From: Planctomycetota bacterium
Lineage (GTDB): Bacteria; Planctomycetota; UBA1135; GCA-002686595
Length of the DNA stretch: 64,000 nucleotides
Assembly (NCBI GenBank): GCA_044358925.1
Contig: JBIKNC010000001.1
Location: forward strand, 5,797-69,796
Direction: 5' to 3'
The notes under the pieces: model-generated
What the model was told of the DNA's origin: nothing
The model's input: only the letters and a program-made list of their open reading frames with translations
Databases searched by the model: none
Shown here: piece after piece, positions 28,198 to 38,700 of the stretch
How the letters are laid out: each line of letters starts with the position of its first letter
Position numbering within the stretch: the first letter of the stretch is position 1
Made by a program: the position numbers and the translations under genes

Positions 28198-29261
28198 CAG
28201 GCGGCTCGCACGAGACGCAGGAACTCGGATGCGTCGCTCAACGAAGCTTCGGCATCCTGAACACGCACTTGGCCGCGCCGCACCAGATCGGCCAACGAGG
28301 CCGTCATCGTGCGCATGCCGATGCGACCGCCGGTCTGCATCTGCGAGTAGATCTGGTGGGCCTTGCCCTCGCGGATGAGCGCGCGCACGGCAGGCGTGCT
28401 GAGCAGCACCTCCGCCGCCATCACGCGCCCGCGCCCTTCGGCGCGCGGCAGCAGTTGCTGGCAGAAGACCGCTTCCAGCGTGAAGCTGAGCTGCGTGAGC
28501 ACCTGCGGTTGCTGGTGCGACGGGAACACGTCGATGATGCGGTTGATCGTCTGCACCGCGTCGTTCGTGTGCAGCGTGCCGAACGTCAAGTGACCGGTCT
28601 CGGCCAGCGTCAGCGCCGCTTCGATCGTCTCGAGGTCGCGAAGTTCGCCGACGAGCACGATGTCGGGGTCCTGACGCAACACGCTGCGCAGCGCGTTCTG
28701 GAAGGCCTTGCTGTCGCCGCCGACCTCGCGCTGCGTCACGAGGCAGCTCTGACTGACGTGCGAGAACTCGATCGGGTCCTCGATCGTGACGATGTGACCC
28801 TGACGCGTCTTGTTGATGTGGTCGATCATCGACGCCAGCGACGTCGACTTGCCCGAACCCGTCGCACCGCACACGAGCACGAGGCCCGAGTGCAGGTTGC
28901 ACAAGCGTTCGCAGACGTCTTGCGGCAGACCGAGGTCCTTGAAGTTCGAGATCTTGTGCGGCACGAGGCGCAGCACACAGGCCACGCTGCCGCGCTGATA
29001 GAAGACGTTGGCTCGGAAACGCCCCGTGTCGTGCAGCTCGAACGAACAGTCCAGCTCGAGGTCGCGGTCGACCTTCGCGATCTGCTCCTGCGTGAGCACG
29101 CTCGTCGCGAGACGACGGGTGTCCTCCGGCGTGAGCGGCGGCGTGTCGACCGGTACGAGCGCTCCGTCGACGCGGATGCGCGGCGGGCTACCAGCCGAGA
29201 TGTGGAGGTCCGAGCCGCCCTTGCGCACGAGTAGCGCAAGGAGGTCTTCCATCGTGATCAT
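28197..29261 (-). CDS. pilT: Type IV pilus retraction ATPase PilT
   Basis: GSDLH, RFRANVF, GATGSGKST, TIEDPIE, QREVG, ETGHL..TLHT, AVRALIRE (AIRNLIRE motif). Confidence 0.93.
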   Translation of the reverse strand: MITMEDLLALLVRKGGSDLHISAGSPPRIRVDGALVPVDTPPLTPEDTRRLATSVLTQEQIAKVDRDLELDCSFELHDTGRFRANVFYQRGSVACVLRLVPHKISNFKDLGLPQDVCERLCNLHSGLVLVCGATGSGKSTSLASMIDHINKTRQGHIVTIEDPIEFSHVSQSCLVTQREVGGDSKAFQNALRSVLRQDPDIVLVGELRDLETIEAALTLAETGHLTFGTLHTNDAVQTINRIIDVFPSHQQPQVLTQLSFTLEAVFCQQLLPRAEGRGRVMAAEVLLSTPAVRALIREGKAHQIYSQMQTGGRIGMRTMTASLADLVRRGQVRVQDAEASLSDASEFLRLVRAA

Positions 29262-29417
29262 GGGACGTGCGGGTTCGAGGCCCGGGGAACGGGGTCACTC
29301 GCCGCCCACGTCGCTGCCAGGAAACTCCCGCGACGACGGAACGGCCGATGCTCAGTGATCGGGCCGCCCGTCGGGCCATCTGAAGGCTGGTCGCGTCTTT
29401 CGTGGCGGGTGCACGCC

Positions 29418-31436
29418 TCAGTCGTCCGCGTGCACCCGGCCGAACTCGGCCAGGACCTTGGCTTGCTCGTTCGCAGGCACCGGCGCGTAGCCGTGCGCGC
29501 GCGCGGACCAGGTCGCGGTGCCGGCGGTCGACGAACGCAGGTCGCGGTTGTAGGTCTGCAACATGACCTGCGGGACGTGGGCACGCACGACGGCGACGGC
29601 GCCGTCGCCCTCGGACTGCTGATCGATCACGTGGCCGCGCCGCTGACTCGTGATGTCGGAGAACACGGCGCCCGCGTGTTCGGCGGGGACGTGCACTTCG
29701 ATCTCCATGATCGGCTCGAGCAGCGTCGGCCGCGCCTTGGTGAACGCGTCGCGGAAGGCGCGCGCTCCCGCGGTCTTGAAGCTCGCCTCGTCGGAGTCGA
29801 CCGCGTGGAACTTGCCGTCGAAGACTTCGACCTCGACGTCGACCACCTGCGCGTGTGTGAGGATGCCCTGCGTGCAGATCTCACGCACCCCCTTCTCGAC
29901 GGCCGGGATCAGGTTGCGCGGGATCGCTCCGCCGACGACCTCGTCCTTGAACACGACACCGCTGCCTTCGACGCCCGGGCGCACGCGCAGATGGCACTCG
30001 CCGAACTGGCCGCGACCGCCGCTCTGCTTCTTGTGGCGGTACATCGACTCCGCCGGAGCGCGAATGGTCTCGCGGTAGGCGATGCGCGGAGCATGAGTCG
30101 TCACCGCGACGCCGAAGCGCCGCTTCAGTCGCGCCTCGACGATCGAGAGGTGCAGTTCGCTCATGCCGCTGATCACGAGTTCGTGGGTCAGCGGATCGTG
30201 GCGGTACCGGAAGGTCGGATCCTCCGAGGCGAGCTTGGCGAGCGACGGGCCGATCTTCTGTTCGTCGTTGCGTGAGACGAGCGCGACGGCCGACGAGACG
30301 AGCGGCTCCGGGAACTGCGGGAAGTCGATGGGCGTGCCGCCGCGGCCCGGCGGCCCGAACGTGTCACCGACGCCGAGGCCTTCGACTTTCGTGAACGCGA
30401 CGATGCTGCCCGCCTCCGCCGACTCGATCGCTTCGCGGTTCTTGCCGCCCATCAACACGAACAACCCACCGAGCTTCTCCGGCTTGCCGTCGCGCCCGAC
30501 GGGCACGACGGCGTCGTGCGCTCCGAGCCGTCCGTGCAGCAGCCGCGCGTAGCAGACCTTGCCGACGTGCGTGTCGGCGCGCACGGCGAAGACGACGCCG
30601 CGCGGCTCGCCCTCCTCCGACATGTCGATGTGCGCGCCGCCGCTCGTGAAACCGTCGACCTCGTGCGGTCCGGGCGCTGCGCGCTCGAGGAATGCGAGCA
30701 ACTCGTCGACACCCACACCCGTGGCCGGGTTCGCACACAGGATCGGCACGAGCGTGTGCCCGACGATCGCCATCGGGTAGTACCGACGCAGTTCGTCCTC
30801 GGTCAGGTCCTGCGTCTCGAGGTAGCGCTCCACGGCCGCTTCGTCGCTGCAGCCGTCCATCACGCGGTCCATCAGCATCTGCCGCCACGGACTCTTGGGA
30901 TCGCGCATCACGCGGTGCACGCCCGCGAGACGTTCGTTCGCGATGTCGGGCACGAGGCCCGGCACACACACTTCGCCGAAGGCCGCACGCAGTTCGTTCA
31001 CGACCGTGTCGAACGTCCGGTTCTCTCCCTCGCAGTGCGTGACGACGATCGCCATCGGTCGCCCCGACGCGACGACCTGCGACACCTTCTGACGCAGGTT
31101 GGTCGTGACGCCGCTCGCACACGACACGACCACGATCGCGAGGTCGGCGGCGAACAGTCCGGCGCGCGTTTCACCCTCGAACTCGGGGTAGCCGGGCGTG
31201 TCGACGAAGTTCCAGTCGTAGACGTCGTGGCGCGCGTGGACGACGGCGAGCTTGAGCGTGTGCTGCTTGTCCTGCTCCTCCGGTTCCGTGTCGCACAGGC
31301 TCGTGCGATCGGCCACCGACCCTTTGCGTTCGGTGGCGCCGGCCGCGAACGCGAGAGCGTCGACCAGCGTCGTCTTGCCGACACCGGGGTGGCCGAGGAA
31401 GACGACGTTGCGGTGGCGCGTGGATGTGTCGCTCAT
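29418..31436 (-). CDS. fusA: Elongation factor G paralog (EF-G2-like)
   Basis: GHPGVGKTT, DTPGYPEF, EDPT, SGMSELHL, HKKQSGGRGQF, GG.IP..LIPAVEKG, DGKFH.VDS, LLEPI. Confidence 0.85.
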   Translation of the reverse strand: MSDTSTRHRNVVFLGHPGVGKTTLVDALAFAAGATERKGSVADRTSLCDTEPEEQDKQHTLKLAVVHARHDVYDWNFVDTPGYPEFEGETRAGLFAADLAIVVVSCASGVTTNLRQKVSQVVASGRPMAIVVTHCEGENRTFDTVVNELRAAFGEVCVPGLVPDIANERLAGVHRVMRDPKSPWRQMLMDRVMDGCSDEAAVERYLETQDLTEDELRRYYPMAIVGHTLVPILCANPATGVGVDELLAFLERAAPGPHEVDGFTSGGAHIDMSEEGEPRGVVFAVRADTHVGKVCYARLLHGRLGAHDAVVPVGRDGKPEKLGGLFVLMGGKNREAIESAEAGSIVAFTKVEGLGVGDTFGPPGRGGTPIDFPQFPEPLVSSAVALVSRNDEQKIGPSLAKLASEDPTFRYRHDPLTHELVISGMSELHLSIVEARLKRRFGVAVTTHAPRIAYRETIRAPAESMYRHKKQSGGRGQFGECHLRVRPGVEGSGVVFKDEVVGGAIPRNLIPAVEKGVREICTQGILTHAQVVDVEVEVFDGKFHAVDSDEASFKTAGARAFRDAFTKARPTLLEPIMEIEVHVPAEHAGAVFSDITSQRRGHVIDQQSEGDGAVAVVRAHVPQVMLQTYNRDLRSSTAGTATWSARAHGYAPVPANEQAKVLAEFGRVHADD

Positions 31437-31643
31437 GGCGGCGGGCTCCTGGGCCCTTGGGGCCCTGGGTGGGTCGAGAACCGCGTCCGCCGTGCGGCGG
31501 GCGCACCGAGGTCGATGCTACCCGTTGGCGCCGAGAGTGGCGGGAGCGACACCACGGTCCTCCGCGCGCGAGCGCCGCGCGCCGGCGCGGTGCCCGCTGC
31601 ATGCGGCTCGGCGCGCCGTGCACACGCGGCACCGACACGAAAC

Positions 31644-31696
31644 GACCCCGCGCCCGTCACCGGCCGCATGGAGCGGCCTGTGACGGGCGCGGGGTC
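31644..31696 (-). terminator. Long GC hairpin downstream of the OmpA/MotB gene
   Basis: GACCCCGCGCCCGTCAC-c-GGCCGC-atgga-GCGGCC-t-GTGACGGGCGCGGGGTC. Confidence 0.7.
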
Positions 31697-31742
31697 TTGG
31701 ATCGGGCGAAAGCCGCTCGTCGAGACGAGCGCTCCCGTTCGA

Positions 31743-32423
31743 TCACTGATGCACGATGATCTCGACGCGGCGGTTCTTGGCCTTGCCGGCCGGCGACGTG
31801 TTCTCCGAGATCGGGCGGTACTCACCGTGGCCCGCGACGATGCAGTTGTCGTCCGCGACGCCGCAGGACTCGACGAGGAAGCGGTGCACCGACGAGGCAC
31901 GCGCGATCGAGAGCTCGCGGTTCGTCTTGAACTTGCTCTTGCTGGGTTGGTCGCCGTCCGTGTGGCCTTCGATCCAGTACTGAGCGTTCGGGAACTCGCT
32001 CACGAGGCGGCGCGCGACGGACTGCACGGCTTGTTGGCCGCTCGACTTGAGGTCCGCGGAGCCCGAGTCGAACGTGATGCCGGCCGGGATCGAGATGACG
32101 AGGTCGCGACCGCGCATCGAGACGTCGATGCCCTGGTCGGTGAGTTCGGGGTAGTCGGGCGTCGGCGACGGGACCGAAGCGTCTTGGAGCTGACGGTCGA
32201 GCGCCGCGACTTCGTTCTGGTAGGTGTTGACCTGGCGTTCGAGGTCGAGCTTCTCGCTCTTCAGGCGCGCGTTCTCGTCGCGCAGTGTGATGACCTCGTC
32301 CTCGTAGGCCTGCAGCGCCTTGTGCGAGGCGCAACCGGGCGAGAAGACGGCGGCGAGAGCGACGGCGCAGAACGCGGCCAGCCGGTGGAAGCGGAAGGTC
32401 TTGGGGGCGGGCGTGGAGATCAT
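31743..32423 (-). CDS. OmpA/MotB-family peptidoglycan-binding lipoprotein with coiled coil
   Basis: Lipobox SPGC, FDSGSA.L, IEGHTD, N.ELS..RA.SV, G.GE.RP...N....KAKNRRVEI. Confidence 0.85.
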   Translation of the reverse strand: MISTPAPKTFRFHRLAAFCAVALAAVFSPGCASHKALQAYEDEVITLRDENARLKSEKLDLERQVNTYQNEVAALDRQLQDASVPSPTPDYPELTDQGIDVSMRGRDLVISIPAGITFDSGSADLKSSGQQAVQSVARRLVSEFPNAQYWIEGHTDGDQPSKSKFKTNRELSIARASSVHRFLVESCGVADDNCIVAGHGEYRPISENTSPAGKAKNRRVEIIVHQ

Positions 32424-32723
32424 GGATCGGAGGGTCGGACTCGGGCGGTTTCTGGTTGGGGCATGCGGCGCGAGATCACGCGTCCCCCCCACCGCCCGTT
32501 CGCTGCTGGGCGACGACGGACGGCGGCGGGCGGCGACGGTGGTGTCGAGCCGAGGCTGGACGGGGTGCTCGCCGGCGCGACACGCGGGGTGGGTGTCGAC
32601 GCTCGAGCGGGCCGCCGCGGGCCGGGAAGGTCTCGGTGGGCGACGAGCGATGCGGCGCGCGCATCACGGGCACGTCCACGGACGCGCCGTGGAGTGCCGG
32701 TTCTCGCCGGAACCGAGCCCGAC

Positions 32724-33656
32724 TCAGGGGCCGAAGGGCAGCAGCCGGACGAGATCTTTCCAGGCCAGCAGGGTGATTCCAATCCCCAAGGCGAGGTACG
32801 GGCCAAACGGGAGATAACGCCCGAGGCGGCGCGCTCCGGCCACGGTCCACAAAAGCGACTTCCTGAGCCGACGGCTGCGTTGGCGTCGGCGCAGCAGGTG
32901 GTGGAAGTGCGCGATCGCGACGATGCCGGCGATCGATCCGGCGCCCGCGCCGACGAGGAAAGCGGCCAGCGCGCCGCCCGGCCCGACCAGTCCACCGGCC
33001 GCGGCCATGAGCTTCACGTCGCCCAGCCCCATCGCCTCCTGACCGTAGACGCGCGAACCGATCCAGCCGACGAGGAGCGGCAGCCCGCCGCCCGCCAAGA
33101 TGCCCGCGACCGAGCCGAACAGCGCGCCGACGCGATCGACGGCGCCCGGCGTGTCGGACATGGCCTGGGCGACGAGCGTGTGTTCGTGCAGCGCCGGCAC
33201 GAGCAGCGACAGGATCGGCGCGAGCACCGTGCCGCCGATCGAGATCTCGTCGGGGATCTCGAAGAACTGGAAGTCGACCGCGCTCGCGATCACGAGCGCC
33301 GTGAGTGCGACCCACCAGACGAGCAGGAGTCCGAGGTTCGGGGCCGGCAGACACCACAGGGCCGTCGCGAAGAGCGCTCCGCACAGGATCTCGACCAGCG
33401 GGTAGCGCCAGTGGATCGGCGTCTGGCACGAACGGCAGCGGCCGCGCAGCGCGAGCCACGACACGAGCGGCAGGTTGTCGAACCAGCGCAACTGGTAGCC
33501 GCAGCTCGGGCAGAACGAGCGGCGCGGCTTCGTCATCGACAGCTCGGGCCGCGGCAGACGGTGGATCGCGGCGTTCGCGAACGAGCCGGCCATCAAGCCG
33601 AAGAGGACCGCGAACAGGTACTGAAGTTCGAGCGGTAGTTCGAAGGGTCCGAGCAC
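32724..33656 (-). CDS. pilD: Prepilin peptidase PilD
   Basis: GSFAN..I.RLP, S.CPSC, DNLPL.SW..LRGRCR.C, RYPLVE, IPDE, MGLGDVKL, LPFGPYL. Confidence 0.92.
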   Translation of the reverse strand: MLGPFELPLELQYLFAVLFGLMAGSFANAAIHRLPRPELSMTKPRRSFCPSCGYQLRWFDNLPLVSWLALRGRCRSCQTPIHWRYPLVEILCGALFATALWCLPAPNLGLLLVWWVALTALVIASAVDFQFFEIPDEISIGGTVLAPILSLLVPALHEHTLVAQAMSDTPGAVDRVGALFGSVAGILAGGGLPLLVGWIGSRVYGQEAMGLGDVKLMAAAGGLVGPGGALAAFLVGAGAGSIAGIVAIAHFHHLLRRRQRSRRLRKSLLWTVAGARRLGRYLPFGPYLALGIGITLLAWKDLVRLLPFGP

Positions 33657-33751
33657 GCGCGGAGCCTATCCGCGCCGCGCGCTCGGTCGGCACGCGCTCG
33701 GGCGACGGCGTGTGCGAGTCCCACTCGCGTGCGTGGCGGTGTGCGCTGGTG

Positions 33752-35584
33752 TCACTCCCAGACCAGCTCGACTTCGTCGAGCCACGGCGGATCCCACGCC
33801 TTCGATTTGTCGCTGCGCGCCGAAACCGTCAAGTCGACGAGCAACCGCAGGGTCTCGCAGTCCTCGAGCAGGCGCACGTCCGCAACCGGACCGATGTCGA
33901 CCGACTGGCCGTCGCTCGTGCGCCGCGTTCCGAGGTAGCGCACGTCGAAGCGTCCGATCGGATCACCCGCTGCGACGCTCGCCCCTTGCTGCGGATGACC
34001 GAGCACACGGGCCGCGCGCCAACGGCGCAGCGCTCCACCGGCGCCGATCGGGCCCGAGATGATCGACCAGGTCTGTTCCGTCGCGAGCGGGTTCTCCTTC
34101 GGCTCGTCGATCTCGATCGGCAGCGTCTCGGTCCATGCGATCACCGAGCTGCGGCTGTAGGGCTCGCTGAACCAGGCTTCGCTCGCGACGACTCGCCCGG
34201 GCACGCGCACACGACCGCCAGCGACGAGGACACACGGTCCGTCGGCGTCGATCTCGCCGCGCACGACGATGTCGCCGCCCGCCACGAAGATCGTGATCGG
34301 CGGCCCGCCGGTGCGCGAGCGATCGACGAAGGCCGAGAGCGACTCGCCCGCCTCGAAACGGATGCGACCGACGCCGAACTCGGGGCTGCGGTCGAAGCGG
34401 CGCAGCCACTCCTGAGGTGCTTCGCCGTCGCGGCGCCGCGCGTCACCGGTCTGCACGCGGCGCACGATGCGGCCGTCGATCTCGAGCGCTCCCTGCGCAG
34501 CGACGACGACGATGCCGGTGCCCGGCAGTTCGACGACGGCGTCGGTCGGAACGACGAGCGAGGTCGCGTTCCACGAGCTGCGCTCGCCGGCACTTTCGAG
34601 GACCAGCGGCCCGTCGCTCCCGTCGCCGGCGCTCTTCGGGAAGCGCAAACGCACGCGGCCGTCGCCCTCCCAACGCGCCTCCCCCACCGCGCCTTCGACG
34701 GCGCGCGGTGTCGCGAGTTGGCTCGACGTGAAACTCTCGAGGAAGCGCGGACCTGCGGGCGGCGGGGACACGGGTTCGACGACGAGTGCAGCGCCGGTCG
34801 GCAACGCGATCCACGGAATGGGCACACGACTGCCGCCGAGGTCGCACAACGCAGCCGCGCCGCGGTCGGCGAGCAAGCGATGTTCGCCGACCGTCAGGAG
34901 GACCGGCACGCCCGCGGCGTCGACGGGCATGAGTTCGATGCGCGCGCGACCGGCGACGTTCTCGACGAGGCGCGCGCGCACGCGGATGCGCTCGAGACGG
35001 CTGAGTGGCACGAGGACGAACAGGTCGTCGTTCACCGTTCGCGGATCGAGAGCTTGATCGCACACGAGGACCCACGGCGCGCCCGCTTCGGTGCGTGTGT
35101 TCTCGATCGACAGCAACGCAGCGCGATCGGGCGCGTCGTCGAGGAACGGAAGTTCGGAGGCCGCATCGGCCGTCTCGAAGCGCGCGCGGAACGTGCGCGA
35201 CAGCGGCGCGCCGTCGCGGCTGCGCAGTGCGTCGACGCGTGGAAAGCCGAGCAACTCGAGGGTGTAGACGGCTCCTGCACCGAAGCTCCCGGTCGCGAGC
35301 GCGCGATCGATCGGCAGAGCCGGTTCGAACGACAGCCGTCGACCGACGACCTCGAGTGCACCGTCGACTTCGTGGCCGCGCTCGTCGACGACGCGCACGG
35401 TGCGGCGTGTGATCGAGCGCGGATCGAGGTTCTGCGAGAAGTGAACGACGAGCGGCTCGTTCAGGAGCACTCCGCCCGCTGCCGCGTGACGGAACTGCGT
35501 GACTTCCAGTGCCTGTGCGGCCTTGCGCGAACAGGCGGCGAGGCCACACGTGACGAGGATGCAAACGAGCGCGGACCGGAGCAC
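33752..35584 (-). CDS. Ig-like lipoprotein, divergent paralog of the large surface lipoproteins
   Basis: Lipobox LAAC. LNEPLVVHFSQNLDPRSI and F.P....G..Y.L.L.G motifs shared with the paralogs. TATCCT box 7 nt before GTG 35584. Confidence 0.7.
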   Translation of the reverse strand: MLRSALVCILVTCGLAACSRKAAQALEVTQFRHAAAGGVLLNEPLVVHFSQNLDPRSITRRTVRVVDERGHEVDGALEVVGRRLSFEPALPIDRALATGSFGAGAVYTLELLGFPRVDALRSRDGAPLSRTFRARFETADAASELPFLDDAPDRAALLSIENTRTEAGAPWVLVCDQALDPRTVNDDLFVLVPLSRLERIRVRARLVENVAGRARIELMPVDAAGVPVLLTVGEHRLLADRGAAALCDLGGSRVPIPWIALPTGAALVVEPVSPPPAGPRFLESFTSSQLATPRAVEGAVGEARWEGDGRVRLRFPKSAGDGSDGPLVLESAGERSSWNATSLVVPTDAVVELPGTGIVVVAAQGALEIDGRIVRRVQTGDARRRDGEAPQEWLRRFDRSPEFGVGRIRFEAGESLSAFVDRSRTGGPPITIFVAGGDIVVRGEIDADGPCVLVAGGRVRVPGRVVASEAWFSEPYSRSSVIAWTETLPIEIDEPKENPLATEQTWSIISGPIGAGGALRRWRAARVLGHPQQGASVAAGDPIGRFDVRYLGTRRTSDGQSVDIGPVADVRLLEDCETLRLLVDLTVSARSDKSKAWDPPWLDEVELVWE

Positions 35585-35695
35585 GTGTCGCAGGATAGGC
35601 CGCGAGCGGCCCGCCTGCTCGTCCCGAGTCCTCCCTGCGCCGCGCTCGCGAAACAGGCCCGCACGAACGCCGCACACGTGCAGGGCCTCATGACA

Positions 35696-35733
35696 AGGGA
35701 CCCCGCGACACCATGCGGCGTCGCGGGGTCCCT
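35696..35733 (-). terminator. Hairpin downstream of the two-gene large lipoprotein operon
   Basis: AGGGACCCCGCGAC...GTCGCGGGGTCCCT, 14-bp stem. Confidence 0.7.
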
Positions 35734-35773
35734 CGTGCTCCTTCGCGGTCGGGCACTGGCCCGGCCGAAGGCA

Positions 35774-38700
35774 TCAGAACTGCAACAGGAAGCGCACGAA
35801 GTCCAGCGACGGAAGCTCTTCGTTGCCAGTGAGGCCGTTGTTCGCCGTGTCGATGTCGAACGTCACGCGGAACTTGACGAACTCGATCGTCTGCGGCGCC
35901 GTGCTGAGCGTCGACATGTTCGTCGTCCAGTCGACGACCACCGCTCCCGGTTGACCGGCCACACCCGCGGCGAGTCCTTGGAACTCGACGGCGATTCGCG
36001 ACTCCGCGTCGATGCTGTCGGCCGTGCCGGCCGTGCGCACACGGTAGAAGCGCGGGATCAGCTCGTACGTCGTGCCACCAGGCGTGAACGCTGTCAGGTC
36101 CGGCGCACCCTCGAGGTCGAGTGTGAGCACGTTCGTCAGCACGTCGAAGGCTGCCGCTGCGACCGTGAACGAACCCGTCGTCACACCCTGCGTCAGTTCG
36201 ATCTCGAACTGGCGCAGGAGCTGCGTGTTGCGCAGGTACACGTTGTCGACCGGATCGTTGAACAGCACCGTCGCGTCGAGCACCACGCGCTTGTTGGCGT
36301 TGCTCACGCTGTCGACCGTTCCCGTCAGGATCGCAGTCTCTTCGTTGATCGTGCCGGCCGTCGAGGGAATGAAGCCCGTCGCGATCGGCAGCGTCGAGAA
36401 GTCGTACTGGACCTGCGGGAGCACCGACGCCGGGTTCAGGTTGGCACCGCCGACAGCGATCGGCTTCGTCTCGGCCCGCGACAGCGAACCGAACGTGCGC
36501 ACGCACAGGAACGGGTTCGGGCGTGCGACCTGGTTGATGTTCTGAACGAACGGCGCGGGACGCAGCAGGATGTCGTCGCCGATGAGGGTCGAGCTCAGGT
36601 GGATCTGGACGATGCCGTGCCCGCCGTTGCCGCCCCCCGCGAGACCGCTCGCGAACGATCCGTACGCGTTGCCGTTGCCGTTCGCGCCCGGTCCGCCAAG
36701 ACCACCCTCCGCCTGGAAGATCGGTGCGATCTGGGTGGTCGGAGCCGACGGATTCACGGCTGCCTGCGTGAAGTCGTAGCGGGTCGCCGATTCCACGATG
36801 ATCATGCCGCCCGAGCCGCCACCCGATCCACCGGCGACACCGCGCGGGTCGGAGGGGCGTTGCTCGCCGCGCGCACCCGTTCCGCCGGCGACCGTCACGC
36901 GGCCGTTGCCGATGACGCTGAACACACCGAGGCATTTGATCTCGATCAGGCCGCCGCCGCCGGCACCCGATGCTCCGCGCATGTTGTTGGTCTGCGTGAA
37001 GCCGGCCGGGAAGTTGACCTGGCGGATCGAGTCACCACCCGCACCTCCTCCGGAGCCGGCCGTCGGCGCCGACAACTCACCCATGATGAGCGTCGTCGGG
37101 TTCTGCTGACGGACGCCGAAGAAGTTGTTCGTCGGCGTCGTGTCGAGGAACAACGAGTCGCCGATCGGACCGCCGAGCGGCGGGCTGATGTTCGTCACAC
37201 AGCTCCGCGCGCCGGTCGTCGGGTTGTCGTTCACGATCACCGTGCCTTCGTTGCCCGGCGACGCGTAGGCCAGCGTCAGCGGAGGCACCGCCTGCGGCGA
37301 GCCTTGGTTGACGATCGGCGAGTGGTTCTGTCCCTGGTGGAACTGTGCCGGAGCGACGATGAGCTGACTGTTCGTCACACCGCCGCCGCCGCCGCCCACG
37401 CGGCGGTTGACGTCGGACACCGTTCCGTAGCCGGACTCACCGCCGTCGCCACCGAAGTTCGACAGGTCGTTCGGGCCGAAACCGTCGCCGCCCTTGATGT
37501 CGGGCTGCGTGATCACGTTGGACGGACTCGCGACGCCACCGTCGCCGCCGCCCAGGTTGCCCGACGCACCGGCGATCGAAGTCGCCGACTGCAGTGAACT
37601 CTGGTCCTGTGCGTCGAAGCCCAGACCTTGGATGGTTCCGCGCAGGTCGACGAACCCGGTCGCGAAGATGCGTGCCGGATTCGGACCCTCGAAGCGCAGG
37701 ATCGAACCAGGGTTGAGGACCAGGTTGCGGCAGTAGATGCGACCGCCGGTCACGACCTGGTTGAAGGTGTTCGCTCCGTTCGGACCACCCGTGATGAAGT
37801 CGGCGGCCGTGTTGACCACTTCGACTTCGTTGATCGCGAGCACGAAGTCGAAGTCGGCCGGGAAGTTCGGGTCCGGACTGGTCTCGAACGCCAGCTTGGC
37901 CTCCAGACGGCCACCGCTCCAATCGGCGCGCGGCAGGGCGGAGAGCGACGTCGTGTCGAAGCGCGAGGTGTCGTCGAACGACTCGAGCAGTTCGTCCGCA
38001 ACGGCCTGCGGATTGAACGAAGGATCGATCTGCACGGCCGTGCGGAAGCTCGAGAACTGATTCAGGGCCAGAGCGTTCTGGTCACCGATCAAGTCCTGGA
38101 AGGCCGCCGCCACTTCGACGCGCAGCTGCACGTCCGGCGGCAGGATGCCGACCGGATCGAGGCGCACTTGGGCGCCCGTGGTCGTGCAGTTCTTGATGAG
38201 CGTCGGCGACGTGGGCAGGTTCACCCACGTCAGCGTGAGCGGGTCGAGGAACTGGAGGCGCAGACGGTCCGAACTCACGTTGACCAACGACGGGTTGACC
38301 GCCTGGTCGAACTCGAGGAACACGGACAGGCGTTGGTCTCCGCCGGAGAACAGGTTCACCGGCAGGCCGTCGATCTCGATCGGCTCGAGCTGAGAATCGA
38401 GTTCGAATTCGGTGTCCACCGGCGTCGTGTCGCCGACGCGGATGAAGCTCGCCACCGCTTCCGGTGCGCTCGTCGTCGTGAGGACCAGGACCTGCGGCGG
38501 TCCGGCCTTCGTGTCGAAGAACAGCTCGGAGGAGGTCGTGCTCGCCGGCGTGGTGAAGCTGCGCTGTTGGGAGGTCGCCAACGTGCGCCCGGTCGAGTCC
38601 TGAACAGCGATACCGCCCGCGTCCTGACCGACGATGACGACCGTGTAGGCCGTCGCGAGATCGAGGCCGGCGTCGGAGAAGTCGGAGGACGTCGGGCAGC

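Noticed and set aside
33305-37597. 1430-aa plus-strand ORF and other long antisense ORFs (8184-11006, 30516-33638, 40272-43217, 51638-54694)
   Set aside because: They are shadows of well-supported genes on the opposite strand. High-GC codon bias removes stop codons, and the translations are Arg-rich with no motifs.
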